A DNA stretch of 64,000 nt, taken from the IMG/VR virus record IMGVR_UViG_3300045988_109049. The stretch is one strand, 5' to 3'. The notes under the pieces were generated by a model. That model made no database searches and was not told the DNA's origin. It saw only the letters and a list, made by a program, of their open reading frames with translations. The position numbers and the translations under genes are program-made. How positions within the stretch are numbered: position 1 is the stretch's first letter; the number at the start of each line of letters is the position of its first letter. Below are positions 1 to 9,465 of this stretch, in pieces. This DNA comes from a virus.

Positions 1-476
1 CTTGCAGCTTTCTTTTGATAATCAAAACCACCTGGGTTAAGAATCTTAGAGGCTGTATCTGTATTCGTTAGAACTCCCCACATCATATCTATCATCAAGT
101 TGTTTCTTGCTTCAAGACTATTTTCTTGTGGAGTTTTATTAAAGTCATACTTTACTTTTCTAATCTTGTATGTATCAAGTCTGTACTTTTCCTTGTTTTC
201 TTCAAACCATTTCTTAAACTCTACAGGTGCATTTGCAAAGTCCTCTAATAGATTTCCTGCCCTAAATAAGGTAGCTAATTCATCAAGTATTTTTTGCTCA
301 CCTTTGAAATCCTGCTTTGCTCTTCTGAAGTCAAACTTATCTACCTTGAATTCAGGAAGCATAATATACATCTTATCCACATCAAAGTCAGAACCTGACA
401 GAGTGGTAATCTCAGCAGGAAGCATAATTGCAGAACCATTCTGTTGAGGTAAGAATCCCTTGATATACAGAGGAGC
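1..476 (-). CDS. 3' exon (partial, runs off window start) of a giant virion-type RNA polymerase-like protein; carries a DxDxD motif
   Basis: My translation of the minus strand from 479 downward stays open to base 1: (M)APLYIKGFLPQQNGSAIMLPAEITTLSGSDFDVDKMYIM... It is absent from the ORF track because there is no stop in the window. SGSDFDVD resembles the catalytic Asp triad of double-psi-beta-barrel RNAPs described for crAss-like phages. The exon start at 476 assumes an intron-terminal G at 477. Confidence 0.6.
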
Positions 477-701
477 CATTGAATACTTATCTTCAGTTGG
501 TTGTTTTGTTATCTTACAGATGTTTATTCTGTAATTCTTTATGTTTCCATAAAGCACGGACTATATCTTCATCCTATAAGGATGTTGGGCACTCGTGGGT
601 ATATTATATTCTATTTTCATAGTTTCAATACCTAGTCTCTGAACCTTTTATAACCATTTAAGTTATAACTTGGCTGCTGATTGTCCCTACTTATTGAATT
701 G

Positions 702-1247
702 TCACACACTTGCATATTCCCAGTAATAACCATATCTTTTCTGATGAGTTTTAATACCACTAATTATGTTAGCATCTTTCCTAATATTTCCTAATTGTCT
801 GGCAGCTTCTCTAATAGATTGGTAAGTATTTATAATATTACCATCATTATCTATTTGATTAATCTGTCTTTTATTAGGATTAGATTCTCTAAGTTTTAAT
901 CCTATTTTAACTGCTTTATTTCCATAACAGTTATTATAAGACTTAGTACACCATTCAAGATTTTCTACAGAATTATTAGTCTTATTTTCATCTTTGTGGT
1001 TTATACATTCCAAATTGTTAGGATTTGGAATAAAAGTATCAGCTACTATTCTATGTACTGCAATAGTTCTTTTCTTGTTAGTGTCATCGTATAATTTCAC
1101 TATAGGATAGCCACTACTATCAAGTACTGAGGATAAAGGTTTCAAAATGTTACCTTGCCTATAACTAAATACTTTACCACTTTTAGTTACTTTATAGCTT
1201 GGATATTCTCCAAATCTACTTTTAATATTAAATAGTTCTTCTTCCAT
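702..1247 (-). CDS. HNH homing endonuclease (NUMOD4-like N-terminus, HNH_3 core, IENR/NUMOD-like C-terminal helix)
   Basis: Motifs YKVTKSGKVFS, AVHRIVADTF, INHKDENKTNNSVENLEW, SIREAARQLG. The ORF lies between the intron P and Q elements. Confidence 0.8.
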   Translation of the reverse strand: MEEELFNIKSRFGEYPSYKVTKSGKVFSYRQGNILKPLSSVLDSSGYPIVKLYDDTNKKRTIAVHRIVADTFIPNPNNLECINHKDENKTNNSVENLEWCTKSYNNCYGNKAVKIGLKLRESNPNKRQINQIDNDGNIINTYQSIREAARQLGNIRKDANIISGIKTHQKRYGYYWEYASV

Positions 1248-1275
1248 ATAATGTTTTTGTATAGATTTATATGTG

Positions 1276-1307
1276 CAAAGATACTATAAATATTTGAATT
1301 ATGCAAA
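1276..1307 (-). promoter_or_regulatory. Bacteroidota-type promoter (-33 TTTG / -7 TAnnTTTG) for the intron-borne HNH gene
   Basis: The minus strand reads TTTG (1307-1304), a 20-nt spacer, then TATCTTTG (1283-1276). This sits about 30 nt upstream of the start at 1247. Confidence 0.55.
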
Positions 1308-1398
1308 TTTTGTATCAATAATCTAACAGGATGTTCCAGCAATTCACCCAATTTATTATTCTTTAGTATTACTACTAAAGCGAGTCCCAATCTTTCGA

Positions 1399-4300
1399 TT
1401 AAACTCTATAACCAATCAACTTTCTAAGGTCTTCAGGCAACTTGTTGATGTCAAGTTCATGAGTCCCTTCCTTCATAAGAGGTTCATAGAATTCTCTTGA
1501 ATAAGCAGGCATATAACATTCGAGATATTTGATTCTCTTGTTCTCACCTTCTCCTTCAAATACCACATGAAGCTCATCAGTCAAGCCATAATCAGATACC
1601 TGAATTAATGCTCCACCTCTAATCTTCTGCTTGGTAATTCTGCTCTTGATGATACTATTAAGAAGAGTCTGTACTCTTTGAGATTGTACAGGATCAAATA
1701 ATGGAATATTGAACTGACCATTCTCATTAAGGGTACAGGCTCTGACCATATCAATTCCATATCTCTGATTACCTCTAATCTCTTCAAGTAGTGCCTCCTC
1801 TATCTTCTTAGGGTCTTTGAATATATCATTCACATTCTTGAATGCTTGCAAGATATTCTCAGTATTGATTGCATTATACAGGTCCAGCCATTCCTGCTTG
1901 GTCATTTTCTTACCATCAACCTCAATAATAGCATCTGATGCAATATCAGCAGTAATCAACTTTCTAATCTGAGTACCTACAAGCTGCACAGCATCAATAG
2001 CATGTTCAGGAGTTGCAGTCTGAATACCATAATCTTCATAGCTTATTTTATGTACTACATTAGGATTCTCAATACCATTAGGCATAGTAGTATTCTTCAA
2101 TACCTCCTTTACTTGCCTGAAGTCACTAACCTCGTTAAGGTCAATAACACCTTGCTTCCCGACTTTAGTAGTAGATTCAAATTGAACTACATCAATATTG
2201 TTCTCTTCCATGAATTCATTAATAGCTTTAAGCTTGCTTGATTTACTAAGTGGACCAGCTATTAACTCATGCATGGCAAGTAATAAGAATTCAGAGTTCT
2301 TATGCTGTACAGGAGTCTTAATACCAGTATGACCTTCTACACCACTCATGTTGCTAATTTGGGTATATACATAAGGTTTCTTAGTCTGCCAGATGATATT
2401 AAAGTCAGCAATGTTCCAAGTACCATTTTTGAAATTATTATATGCCTGCTCCATCTCATCTGTCCATTGGCCAGACATACCAAGTATTGCTCTATAGGAG
2501 CTTAAACTTCTATAAGCCTGTGCATCTGCAACATTAACTGCCTTAAACTTGTTAATAATATTATCTCTATCCATCTTGGGCATTTCACCTTTCTTAACTC
2601 TCTCATCAAGAACTGTTTCAATATCACTCAGTACTGAAGATACAACCTCATCATCCTTCAAGTAGATAGTTCTTTCCCAATCTCTACCAATTCTTTCTCC
2701 CTTATAAGTAGCTTTGGTATTCATTCTAAGAGCTGGGGCATGAACCTCCTTATATCTCTTCTGAAAGTCCTCTACATTCTTATAGAAAGCTAAGTCGGTA
2801 GTAGTTAACTCAATAATTTGAGAAGTAGCTAATTTACTATTCCAGTAATACTCTCTTAATGCAGCTTTTGTATTATTCTTTACTATAAGGTTTTTGTTAA
2901 TACTATCTGCTTCTTGTTTAGTAATATCTCCTCTTATAGACTTCTGATTTATTAAGTCTTTAATTTGTTGGAACAAATCTGTAGCAACTCTATCATCTAC
3001 TGGATTATTGTTGTTATAATCTTTCAATAACAACTCCATATCAGTAGTCCATAAAGTAGTACCAAGGATTTCTTTAGCTTTGATAAGAGACTTTGCAGTT
3101 CTTGAGTTCTGCTGTGATTGACCTGCAAAAGGTAAGTACTTATACTTTCCATTTGGTAACTCATCAAATAAACCAATTCTTGCCCAGTCTCTATATGCCT
3201 CTTCAAAGCCATTATCCATAACTTCTCTAAGAGTATCTCTAATGAATTCCTTTAACTCAGCACCACTGCCTTCCCTGCTCAATCTACTCAATCTGTCAAG
3301 GAATGTTTCTCCATTATTATATCTAATGGAATTAAGTGCAGGTAAGAACTTAAACTCAGCTCCCCCTATACTCTTAATACTTCCATCCTTCTTCCTGGAA
3401 ATATCATAGTTTGCTATAGGGGAGATGTTTGGATTATTATTCTGAAATTCCTCATCTCTTGCTCTGACAAGCATTATTCTGTCATATTCTTGATTGACTA
3501 AATCAGTTAGTTTATCAAGGATAATATCATCATAAGTCAGCTTGTTCCCATTCTCATCATATTCAACTCCACTTACATACTTTCTGAATCTAATGAATTC
3601 GGCAGAAGGAGAGTCTGAAAGAATAGGAACATGATACCAGGCCCACTTTACACTTGTTCTGCTGTCCTCTGGATCTCCCCAATATTCAGTAAGTAATGCT
3701 AAAGTATAGTCTAAGTCATCCCAATTAGTATAATCCACTTTATCAGAGTTCAATACTACTTTATGATTTAGGCCTCTTCTCATTTCCTCAGAGTTAACCA
3801 GTTGCTCTAACCAGTCACTTCTCCATCTCCCATCTTTAAAGAACCACTCATATTGCTTAAACTCAGTATTAATAAATTCTTCAAATCTCTTCCTATCTCC
3901 TCTTACATTCTTAAGCTGTTTAATTAACTTTCCAAGATAATTTGGGGTGACATGAGAGTAATAAGACTTATCATTCTCTCTAACACTACTTTCAATAGCA
4001 TCTTCAGTTACATTAGCCATCATATTTGCAATTGCACTATAAGCTGAACCAAATGTATTGATTAAGTCTCCTCTCTTCTCTATTCCATCTTCTCCTGTTT
4101 CTGACTTTATTTCCCCCTTCTTGATTCCTTTGAATATAATATTCAATTGAGGTAGTAGGACCATAATAGGGTCAGTAAACTTAGCTGTATCAGAAGTTCT
4201 AATATCAGTTAGTGCATTTCTTAATATAGAGGGATTGGCATCAATACCAATCATATTCAACAGCTTTAGTATAGTTTTCCAGATCCTATCATCCTCAAGA

Positions 4301-5751
4301 AGTTCTAATCTTGCTTCAGTATCCAAATTAGAGAATTTATTGTTTAGAGTTTCAACCCACTTAAGACCTTTTTCAGCATTTTCAATATTTATGTCCCCAT
4401 TCTTCTCATATACACTATCATTATCAAGTTGCATACCATTCTCATAGTTATCTCTCCAAGCATCAAGAAGGTAATATACACCTTCAGGCTTGTTAATAGC
4501 AATGGTTTGCATCTTGAATGTACCATCAAGCATCGTCTTTTTCTTCTGGATCCAATAGGGTATAAAATCCTTTCTAAAATCTTGATAGAACTGAGAAAAT
4601 AGAGTATCATCTTTCTCAAGCAATTCTCTTACTTGAGCCACCCAGGGTTTATTCCTTTCAAGCTCCTGTATAAGAGGAATCATATCTTCAGAAGTAATCA
4701 TATCTCTCAATTTATCAATAAGAGTTGCATGAACATAATCAGCATCTAAATACCTTAGATTACCCAAATCATCTTCCTCATACATTCCTTCATAGTCAAG
4801 CCTGGGTATTTCCCTAATAACTTTTCTAACTGCTTGAGATGATAATTCATGGGAACTAACTTGTCTAAAGTTAGTCATCCAGCCATCTTTAAAAGTCTCT
4901 TCCTTATTATAATCATCAGCTTGCTCATCAAGCTCACTGTATCCTTCAGGAGTATCATCATTTAAGTTAGCATCTTTAGGAGCAATATAGTTCAAGTCAA
5001 TTCTAACTCCTTCTGTCATTATGAGTAATGTGCTAGCTTCTTCTGCCAAAGGTTTAAAGTTATCAACAACTTTTCTATAAGCTTGTTCCTTATATACAGC
5101 TTTTCTTCTTGCAGCATCCAATTTTTGTTCATCAGAGAATCTTTCAGATTCATCTATAACACCCTCATCAATTAATGTCTGCTCTCTTGCATTTATTGCC
5201 CCAAGTTCAATTTGTACTCTATTCTCTTCTGTATCGTTGATATAGGATTGAAATATATCCAATACTCTATCAAATAATCCAGCAGGGGTGTATTTCTTTA
5301 TGGCATCAAATCTATTAAGGGAGCTTAACTCCATCTGTAATTGTAATCTTTCTTCATCAGAAGCTGTATCCATTCTCTTATTAAGAGAATCATTCATTTC
5401 CTGTAGTGCTTTATCTACCTCATTACTAAAGAACCTTGCAATAAGACTTACTCTATCTCTTCTTGTTCTTGGATCAAAGTCTAAATCAACCTTAGCTTGT
5501 TCTTCAATAGAAGAGACCTTAGGAGCATCAAATGAAGGAGATAATGCTTCATCGAGCATCTCTACTGTATTTGCACTTCTTAGTTTAAATCTAAAATTAT
5601 TAAGTTCTCTTACAGTAGGATACTCTTCAATAGATTTATTATTCTCTTTTTGCCACAAAGCTACAAGACCCTTTACAGATTCCTCTGTTTCATCTTGTAA
5701 CTCCTTAGTTAGGTACCTAATCTCTTCAGTTGTTACTAAACAATTATTCAT
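1399..5751 (-). CDS. 5' exon of the giant virion-type RNA polymerase-like protein (1450 aa to the in-frame stop inside the intron)
   Basis: Long uninterrupted ORF. It continues after the intron into the exon carrying DFDVD. Size and context are typical of crAss-like giant RNAP genes. The last few codons (..LIGYRV*) probably belong to the intron. Confidence 0.6.
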   Translation of the reverse strand: MNNCLVTTEEIRYLTKELQDETEESVKGLVALWQKENNKSIEEYPTVRELNNFRFKLRSANTVEMLDEALSPSFDAPKVSSIEEQAKVDLDFDPRTRRDRVSLIARFFSNEVDKALQEMNDSLNKRMDTASDEERLQLQMELSSLNRFDAIKKYTPAGLFDRVLDIFQSYINDTEENRVQIELGAINAREQTLIDEGVIDESERFSDEQKLDAARRKAVYKEQAYRKVVDNFKPLAEEASTLLIMTEGVRIDLNYIAPKDANLNDDTPEGYSELDEQADDYNKEETFKDGWMTNFRQVSSHELSSQAVRKVIREIPRLDYEGMYEEDDLGNLRYLDADYVHATLIDKLRDMITSEDMIPLIQELERNKPWVAQVRELLEKDDTLFSQFYQDFRKDFIPYWIQKKKTMLDGTFKMQTIAINKPEGVYYLLDAWRDNYENGMQLDNDSVYEKNGDINIENAEKGLKWVETLNNKFSNLDTEARLELLEDDRIWKTILKLLNMIGIDANPSILRNALTDIRTSDTAKFTDPIMVLLPQLNIIFKGIKKGEIKSETGEDGIEKRGDLINTFGSAYSAIANMMANVTEDAIESSVRENDKSYYSHVTPNYLGKLIKQLKNVRGDRKRFEEFINTEFKQYEWFFKDGRWRSDWLEQLVNSEEMRRGLNHKVVLNSDKVDYTNWDDLDYTLALLTEYWGDPEDSRTSVKWAWYHVPILSDSPSAEFIRFRKYVSGVEYDENGNKLTYDDIILDKLTDLVNQEYDRIMLVRARDEEFQNNNPNISPIANYDISRKKDGSIKSIGGAEFKFLPALNSIRYNNGETFLDRLSRLSREGSGAELKEFIRDTLREVMDNGFEEAYRDWARIGLFDELPNGKYKYLPFAGQSQQNSRTAKSLIKAKEILGTTLWTTDMELLLKDYNNNNPVDDRVATDLFQQIKDLINQKSIRGDITKQEADSINKNLIVKNNTKAALREYYWNSKLATSQIIELTTTDLAFYKNVEDFQKRYKEVHAPALRMNTKATYKGERIGRDWERTIYLKDDEVVSSVLSDIETVLDERVKKGEMPKMDRDNIINKFKAVNVADAQAYRSLSSYRAILGMSGQWTDEMEQAYNNFKNGTWNIADFNIIWQTKKPYVYTQISNMSGVEGHTGIKTPVQHKNSEFLLLAMHELIAGPLSKSSKLKAINEFMEENNIDVVQFESTTKVGKQGVIDLNEVSDFRQVKEVLKNTTMPNGIENPNVVHKISYEDYGIQTATPEHAIDAVQLVGTQIRKLITADIASDAIIEVDGKKMTKQEWLDLYNAINTENILQAFKNVNDIFKDPKKIEEALLEEIRGNQRYGIDMVRACTLNENGQFNIPLFDPVQSQRVQTLLNSIIKSRITKQKIRGGALIQVSDYGLTDELHVVFEGEGENKRIKYLECYMPAYSREFYEPLMKEGTHELDINKLPEDLRKLIGYRV

Positions 5752-5779
5752 ATAATATACTTGTTAAATAAAACAATAG

Positions 5780-5787
5780 CAAAGGTA
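5780..5787 (-). promoter_or_regulatory. Candidate -7 promoter element TACCTTTG upstream of the giant gene
   Basis: The minus strand reads TACCTTTG about 30 nt upstream of the start at 5751. The -33 element is imperfect. Confidence 0.4.
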
Positions 5788-5973
5788 AGTATTTATCCTT
5801 AATAAACCAAGATATTAAGTGTGAAAGTTACCATCAATTAATTTGATTACTAATTACAGTATGAAGAAATAAGAGGTTAATTTATATATTTACATCTAAC
5901 CCCTTTAAGATGTTTATATTAATTTACTTTATCAGAATAAAGTAGCCTTTTGAATTCTTCCTTGACCTTAAGA

Positions 5974-6020
5974 AGAAAAAAAAATTACTAAGGGAGTAAC
6001 AAGATCTCTCCGTTACTCCC
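5974..6020 (-). terminator. Candidate intrinsic terminator after the 208-aa gene
   Basis: Minus-strand hairpin GGGAGUAAC..GUUACUCCC (9 bp), followed 7 nt later by a U9 run. Confidence 0.5.
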
Positions 6021-6063
6021 ATTTGAAAATTTTCTAATATTGTCAGGAAGAGATGTAAATAGA

Positions 6064-6690
6064 TTACTCTACTACATATTTTACTCCATTATAAATAAGA
6101 TGTGAAATCGTATTTATATTTACATATCTTTCTCCAGTCTCTTTTTCTGTTCTTTTGATGTCCATATCCATACATTTATATTTACCATCTCTAGAAACAA
6201 ACTGCATCTTGTAACCTCTTAGTACTCTATCCTCTCCTTCAATATAATCCTTTACAGGATTGTTTTGAATGAATTCTAGAGCTTCCTTATAGGCTGTAGC
6301 CATAGACTTCTTTTGTCTTTTAGCTTTATCTATTAATGCAATAGCCTCAGCTCTTTGAGATTCTCTCTCAGACTCAAACTGTTTCTTAGTCTTAGCCTTG
6401 TCTTGTTTCTTGAAGACCACAGTGAATACCTCAGAGGACTTAATACCTTCAAAGATAGTTCTTATGCCCGGAGTACCATCTTTCTTATCTTCCTTAGTAA
6501 CCTTTACTTCTTTTTCATACTGGTCAGAAGTATTGAGCATATTATGAATATACTCATTGCTCAGACTTACAGTCTTACCACTCTCAAGATGTTCAAATAC
6601 AACACTATCCTTCTTTATTTCTTTTACAATGTAATGGGACTCTTCTGAGAAGACGTCACCTACTTCAATTTCTGTAAGATTTACTTTCAT
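6064..6690 (-). CDS. hypothetical protein (Lys/Glu-rich central region)
   Basis: Clean ORF, co-oriented and tightly packed with neighbours. No motif recognised. Confidence 0.7.
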   Translation of the reverse strand: MKVNLTEIEVGDVFSEESHYIVKEIKKDSVVFEHLESGKTVSLSNEYIHNMLNTSDQYEKEVKVTKEDKKDGTPGIRTIFEGIKSSEVFTVVFKKQDKAKTKKQFESERESQRAEAIALIDKAKRQKKSMATAYKEALEFIQNNPVKDYIEGEDRVLRGYKMQFVSRDGKYKCMDMDIKRTEKETGERYVNINTISHLIYNGVKYVVE

Positions 6691-6702
6691 GCTTTTATTA
6701 TT

Positions 6703-7458
6703 TTAAGATATTACTTCTTTTGAATAAGCTGCATATACAGCAGTCATTTCAATATCACCACTTGCTTCAAAGCTATCCATGGTAGTCTTATAAAGGTCTC
6801 TTGTCCTTTCTCCTCCTCTTGCCAATGCAACAGCTTCAATAAGCTGTGAAGTCTTTAAGCTTGTACTGAAGGGGGCACTCACACCATTAGTAATCTTTGA
6901 GAGTTCTTTATACCACTCAGTTTTATTTATAGTCACTGTATCAAACTTAATTCCTTTTTCAGCAGCTTTCCTAGCTTCTTCTCTCCAATCAATTTGATTA
7001 TTAACCACTTTGTTACCATAATGGTATCCTACTCCATGTGGTTCTGAATCTGCAATAAGGAGAACTGCTTTGATAGAACCCTCTCTCCAATTAGTCTCTT
7101 CTACTATCTTCTTAATGACAAGTTCATAGAATTCCTCTACATCGCCCCCACTTGTATTCTTTGCCTTGGTGACAAACTCTATAAGTCTAGTCTCATCATT
7201 AGTAAGCTCACATACTTGATATGCCTTACCAAATTTATCTTTTCTTGGCATATCACAATAATCACCAAAAGCTACTAATCCTATCCTTAAATTAGAATTC
7301 TGTTCAAAGAGTTTAGGGATCAGTTCCTTTATATTCAACTTAACTGCTTCAATGTAAGCCCACATAGAGCCAGTAGTATCAAATGCAATCACCATATCAA
7401 GCATACTATCATTTAGAGGTGATTTTGTGTCTTTTTTCTTAACTAAATTCGTTCTCAT
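6703..7458 (-). CDS. von Willebrand factor A (vWA) domain protein
   Basis: MIDAS-like VIAFDTTGSM, later GGDVEEF and LLIADSEPHG. Alternating beta/alpha pattern. Confidence 0.65.
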   Translation of the reverse strand: MRTNLVKKKDTKSPLNDSMLDMVIAFDTTGSMWAYIEAVKLNIKELIPKLFEQNSNLRIGLVAFGDYCDMPRKDKFGKAYQVCELTNDETRLIEFVTKAKNTSGGDVEEFYELVIKKIVEETNWREGSIKAVLLIADSEPHGVGYHYGNKVVNNQIDWREEARKAAEKGIKFDTVTINKTEWYKELSKITNGVSAPFSTSLKTSQLIEAVALARGGERTRDLYKTTMDSFEASGDIEMTAVYAAYSKEVIS

Positions 7459-7633
7459 ATTCTTTTTCTACTAAATACATTTCATCATTTTCAGCATCAT
7501 ATGCGACAGCAGAGTTATAGGGAGTAAACTTGTGAGCCCAACAGAATTGAACAAAATTAAAAATATTTGAAAAGCAGAATATTTTAGGATTATCCTGCAG
7601 CCAGGCTTCTCTTAATTTATCTATATTCATCAT
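7439..7633 (-). CDS. hypothetical protein
   Basis: Short ORF whose ends overlap both neighbours, suggesting translational coupling. Confidence 0.5.
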   Translation of the reverse strand: MMNIDKLREAWLQDNPKIFCFSNIFNFVQFCWAHKFTPYNSAVAYDAENDEMYLVEKEYENEFS

Positions 7634-8523
7634 ACCAGTCCTCTTTTGATAAATTCTTCACTTAAAGGAATAGCTAATTCTCTCGCACTAGGATGAGCAT
7701 TAGGAGCACATCTTAATTCAAAGAAATGTTTCCAATCGTTAATAAAGCCAGTCATTACTAATTCTGTCTTTAAGGCATTAGGTAGTACTGCTCTTGCTTG
7801 TTGAGGAGCCCAGGGATTATTCCTAAACCCAGTCTTATACCTCTTGTCAGGTATCTTATCTTCCCACTGTTTTAGTAAGTTAAGATAGTTAGCCTCGGCA
7901 GCTCTTAGTGCTACTAAGAATCCATTATAATAGGTATTACTTTCATAGTTATAATCCTCCAACCAGCAAGGTTCAATAAAGGTAAGCTCATTACCAAACT
8001 TGTCCTTAGAGTAGTTACAATAACGGGTACTCTCTTGAGCAAAGGAGAATACTCTATGTCTTACAAACTCATGTGATACACCTCTATCACAGATAAAGTG
8101 TACAGTTATCCTCTTCTCATGGTACTCTGTAGGCTCACAGATATACTGTAAGTCATCAAGCCAGCCATTCTCTACTAACACTCTAAGGTTAGTAGTAACA
8201 GCTACTCTCCTCTGACCATCAACCTCACATACTTTGAAACCCTTTGAATAAGGGTTCTTAGTATATTTACCCCAACCATTAGCTTCTATAGGCATTATAG
8301 TCTCCATAGGCATAGCTAGATACACTGTACCATGCTCCAACATGGCACCATGACCAGACTTAATCATTCTATCTACAAATCCTTTAGCAGAATCCTCTGT
8401 CATTTTATCTTCTGACTTATAACAGGTCCTTCCAGCTCTTTCTATGGCTTTATATATCCCATCTATTCCAGGTTCCTGTTCTAAAATCTCCCATGAGGGT
8501 TTAATTAATTTCATATACAACAA
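7630..8523 (-). CDS. thyX: FAD-dependent thymidylate synthase ThyX
   Basis: ThyX signature RHRxxSxxxxSxR seen as VRHRVFSFAQESTRY. Size is appropriate. Confidence 0.85.
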   Translation of the reverse strand: MLYMKLIKPSWEILEQEPGIDGIYKAIERAGRTCYKSEDKMTEDSAKGFVDRMIKSGHGAMLEHGTVYLAMPMETIMPIEANGWGKYTKNPYSKGFKVCEVDGQRRVAVTTNLRVLVENGWLDDLQYICEPTEYHEKRITVHFICDRGVSHEFVRHRVFSFAQESTRYCNYSKDKFGNELTFIEPCWLEDYNYESNTYYNGFLVALRAAEANYLNLLKQWEDKIPDKRYKTGFRNNPWAPQQARAVLPNALKTELVMTGFINDWKHFFELRCAPNAHPSARELAIPLSEEFIKRGLV

Positions 8524-8790
8524 TTATTGATAAATAAATTTTAATAACTTCTCTTTTGATACCATCCCAGACAATTTCCTTAAAAGATTACCTTCGTTAT
8601 CTGTAACTAGAAGTGTGGGGAGTGACTTAATGTTATATTTGAGAGAAAGCCCTTCTCCATCCATAGAGTCTATATTAACACTTTCATGCTCAATATTGCA
8701 TTCTCTTAATAACTTTTCCAACTCTTTACATGGCCCACACCAATCAGCATATATCTTTATCACCTTCATTTGTTTCCTCCTCTTCTGCAA
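8524..8790 (-). CDS. thioredoxin/glutaredoxin-like redox protein
   Basis: The WCGPCK active site and a cis-Pro context (SLPTLL) are present. The start may be the internal Met (MKVIKIY). Confidence 0.8.
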   Translation of the reverse strand: MQKRRKQMKVIKIYADWCGPCKELEKLLRECNIEHESVNIDSMDGEGLSLKYNIKSLPTLLVTDNEGNLLRKLSGMVSKEKLLKFIYQ

Positions 8791-9136
8791 TATCCACTAT
8801 TTCCATACAATCTTCACACCAGTATTCATTATTTGCCCAATCTTCCTGTGCAAATTCTAAAGTATTAGCATCTACCCATGCATGCTTCAGAATACTTGTA
8901 CCTCCACAATTATTACAATGTAGAGGTTTTCTATTATCTTCACAGCTTTCTTTCTCTTCTAGAGAGTTTAATACTAACTTTCTTGGCTCATCATCCTCCC
9001 ATCTTACTTCTGGGAACTTAGAATCATCGCTAAGTATATCCCAAGCACCTTTGTCTGAAACCCAAACATAAGCAGTTTTTACAGGTTTCTCTTCAAATAT
9101 GCTTAATTCTCCATCTCTATTTCTCGCAATATACAT
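8744..9136 (-). CDS. hypothetical Cys-rich (zinc-ribbon-like) protein
   Basis: CNNCGG...CEDC pairs. Co-oriented ORF. Confidence 0.6.
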   Translation of the reverse strand: MYIARNRDGELSIFEEKPVKTAYVWVSDKGAWDILSDDSKFPEVRWEDDEPRKLVLNSLEEKESCEDNRKPLHCNNCGGTSILKHAWVDANTLEFAQEDWANNEYWCEDCMEIVDIAEEEETNEGDKDIC

Positions 9137-9165
9137 ATTTTATTCCTCCAAGAACTTTAATAGTA

Positions 9166-9173
9166 CAAATATA
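9166..9173 (-). promoter_or_regulatory. Candidate -7 promoter element TATATTTG
   Basis: The minus strand reads TATATTTG about 30 nt upstream of the start at 9136. Confidence 0.35.
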
Positions 9174-9186
9174 CCTATCATTGCCC

Positions 9187-9465
9187 TCATTTCGCATTGT
9201 CGTATGTAATTTCTCTCCAATAATTACTCCAAAGTCTAACTAATTGTTTTTCTGTATATGGTTCTGTTATACCCATATTTGCATTTACATACCATATTCC
9301 GATGGAGTCAACAAGGATAAATCTATTCATGTCTACTTGATATATCTCATCATCGGGGTGTGCTTCCTTTACAGCAGTTGTACAGTCTCCATTTGTATAG
9401 CAGCTTGTTAGTATAATCGATACTAATAAAAGCAATAGGAATTTCTTCATAGTTACTCCTCCCAC
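9187..9465 (-). CDS. putative lipoprotein
   Basis: N-terminal signal peptide ending in the lipobox-like ILTSC. Confidence 0.6.
   Translation of the reverse strand: MGGVTMKKFLLLLLVSIILTSCYTNGDCTTAVKEAHPDDEIYQVDMNRFILVDSIGIWYVNANMGITEPYTEKQLVRLWSNYWREITYDNAK

Larger units (their letters stand above)
477..1398 (-). mobile_element. Group I intron interrupting the giant RNAP-like gene; carries an HNH homing endonuclease ORF
   Basis: Classical core elements on the minus strand: P-like GGGUGAAUUGCUGGAAC (1333-1349), Q-like AAUCAGCAGCCAAG (669-683), R GGUUCAGAGACUA (633-645), S GAAGAUAUAGUCC (558-570). A P9-like hairpin with a GAAA loop follows S. The 3' end ...UUCAAUG places a terminal G at 477. 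The 5' boundary is only approximate (1399-1412). Confidence 0.75.

Noticed and set aside
100-447. Plus-strand 115-aa ORF from the track (and similar ones at 2002-2241, 2302-2505, 4235-4447, 5288-5755, 6355-6648, 8615-9071, 15263-15808, 26949-27235 and elsewhere).
   Set aside because: They lie antisense to or inside long, motif-bearing minus-strand genes. Their products are low-complexity Ser/Leu/Phe-rich, as expected from reading A-rich coding DNA backwards. I treat them as spurious.
1187-1390. 67-aa minus-strand ORF inside the RNAP intron.
   Set aside because: It overlaps the HNH gene start and the intron P element (1333-1349), and no motif was seen. More likely it is ribozyme and promoter sequence than a gene.
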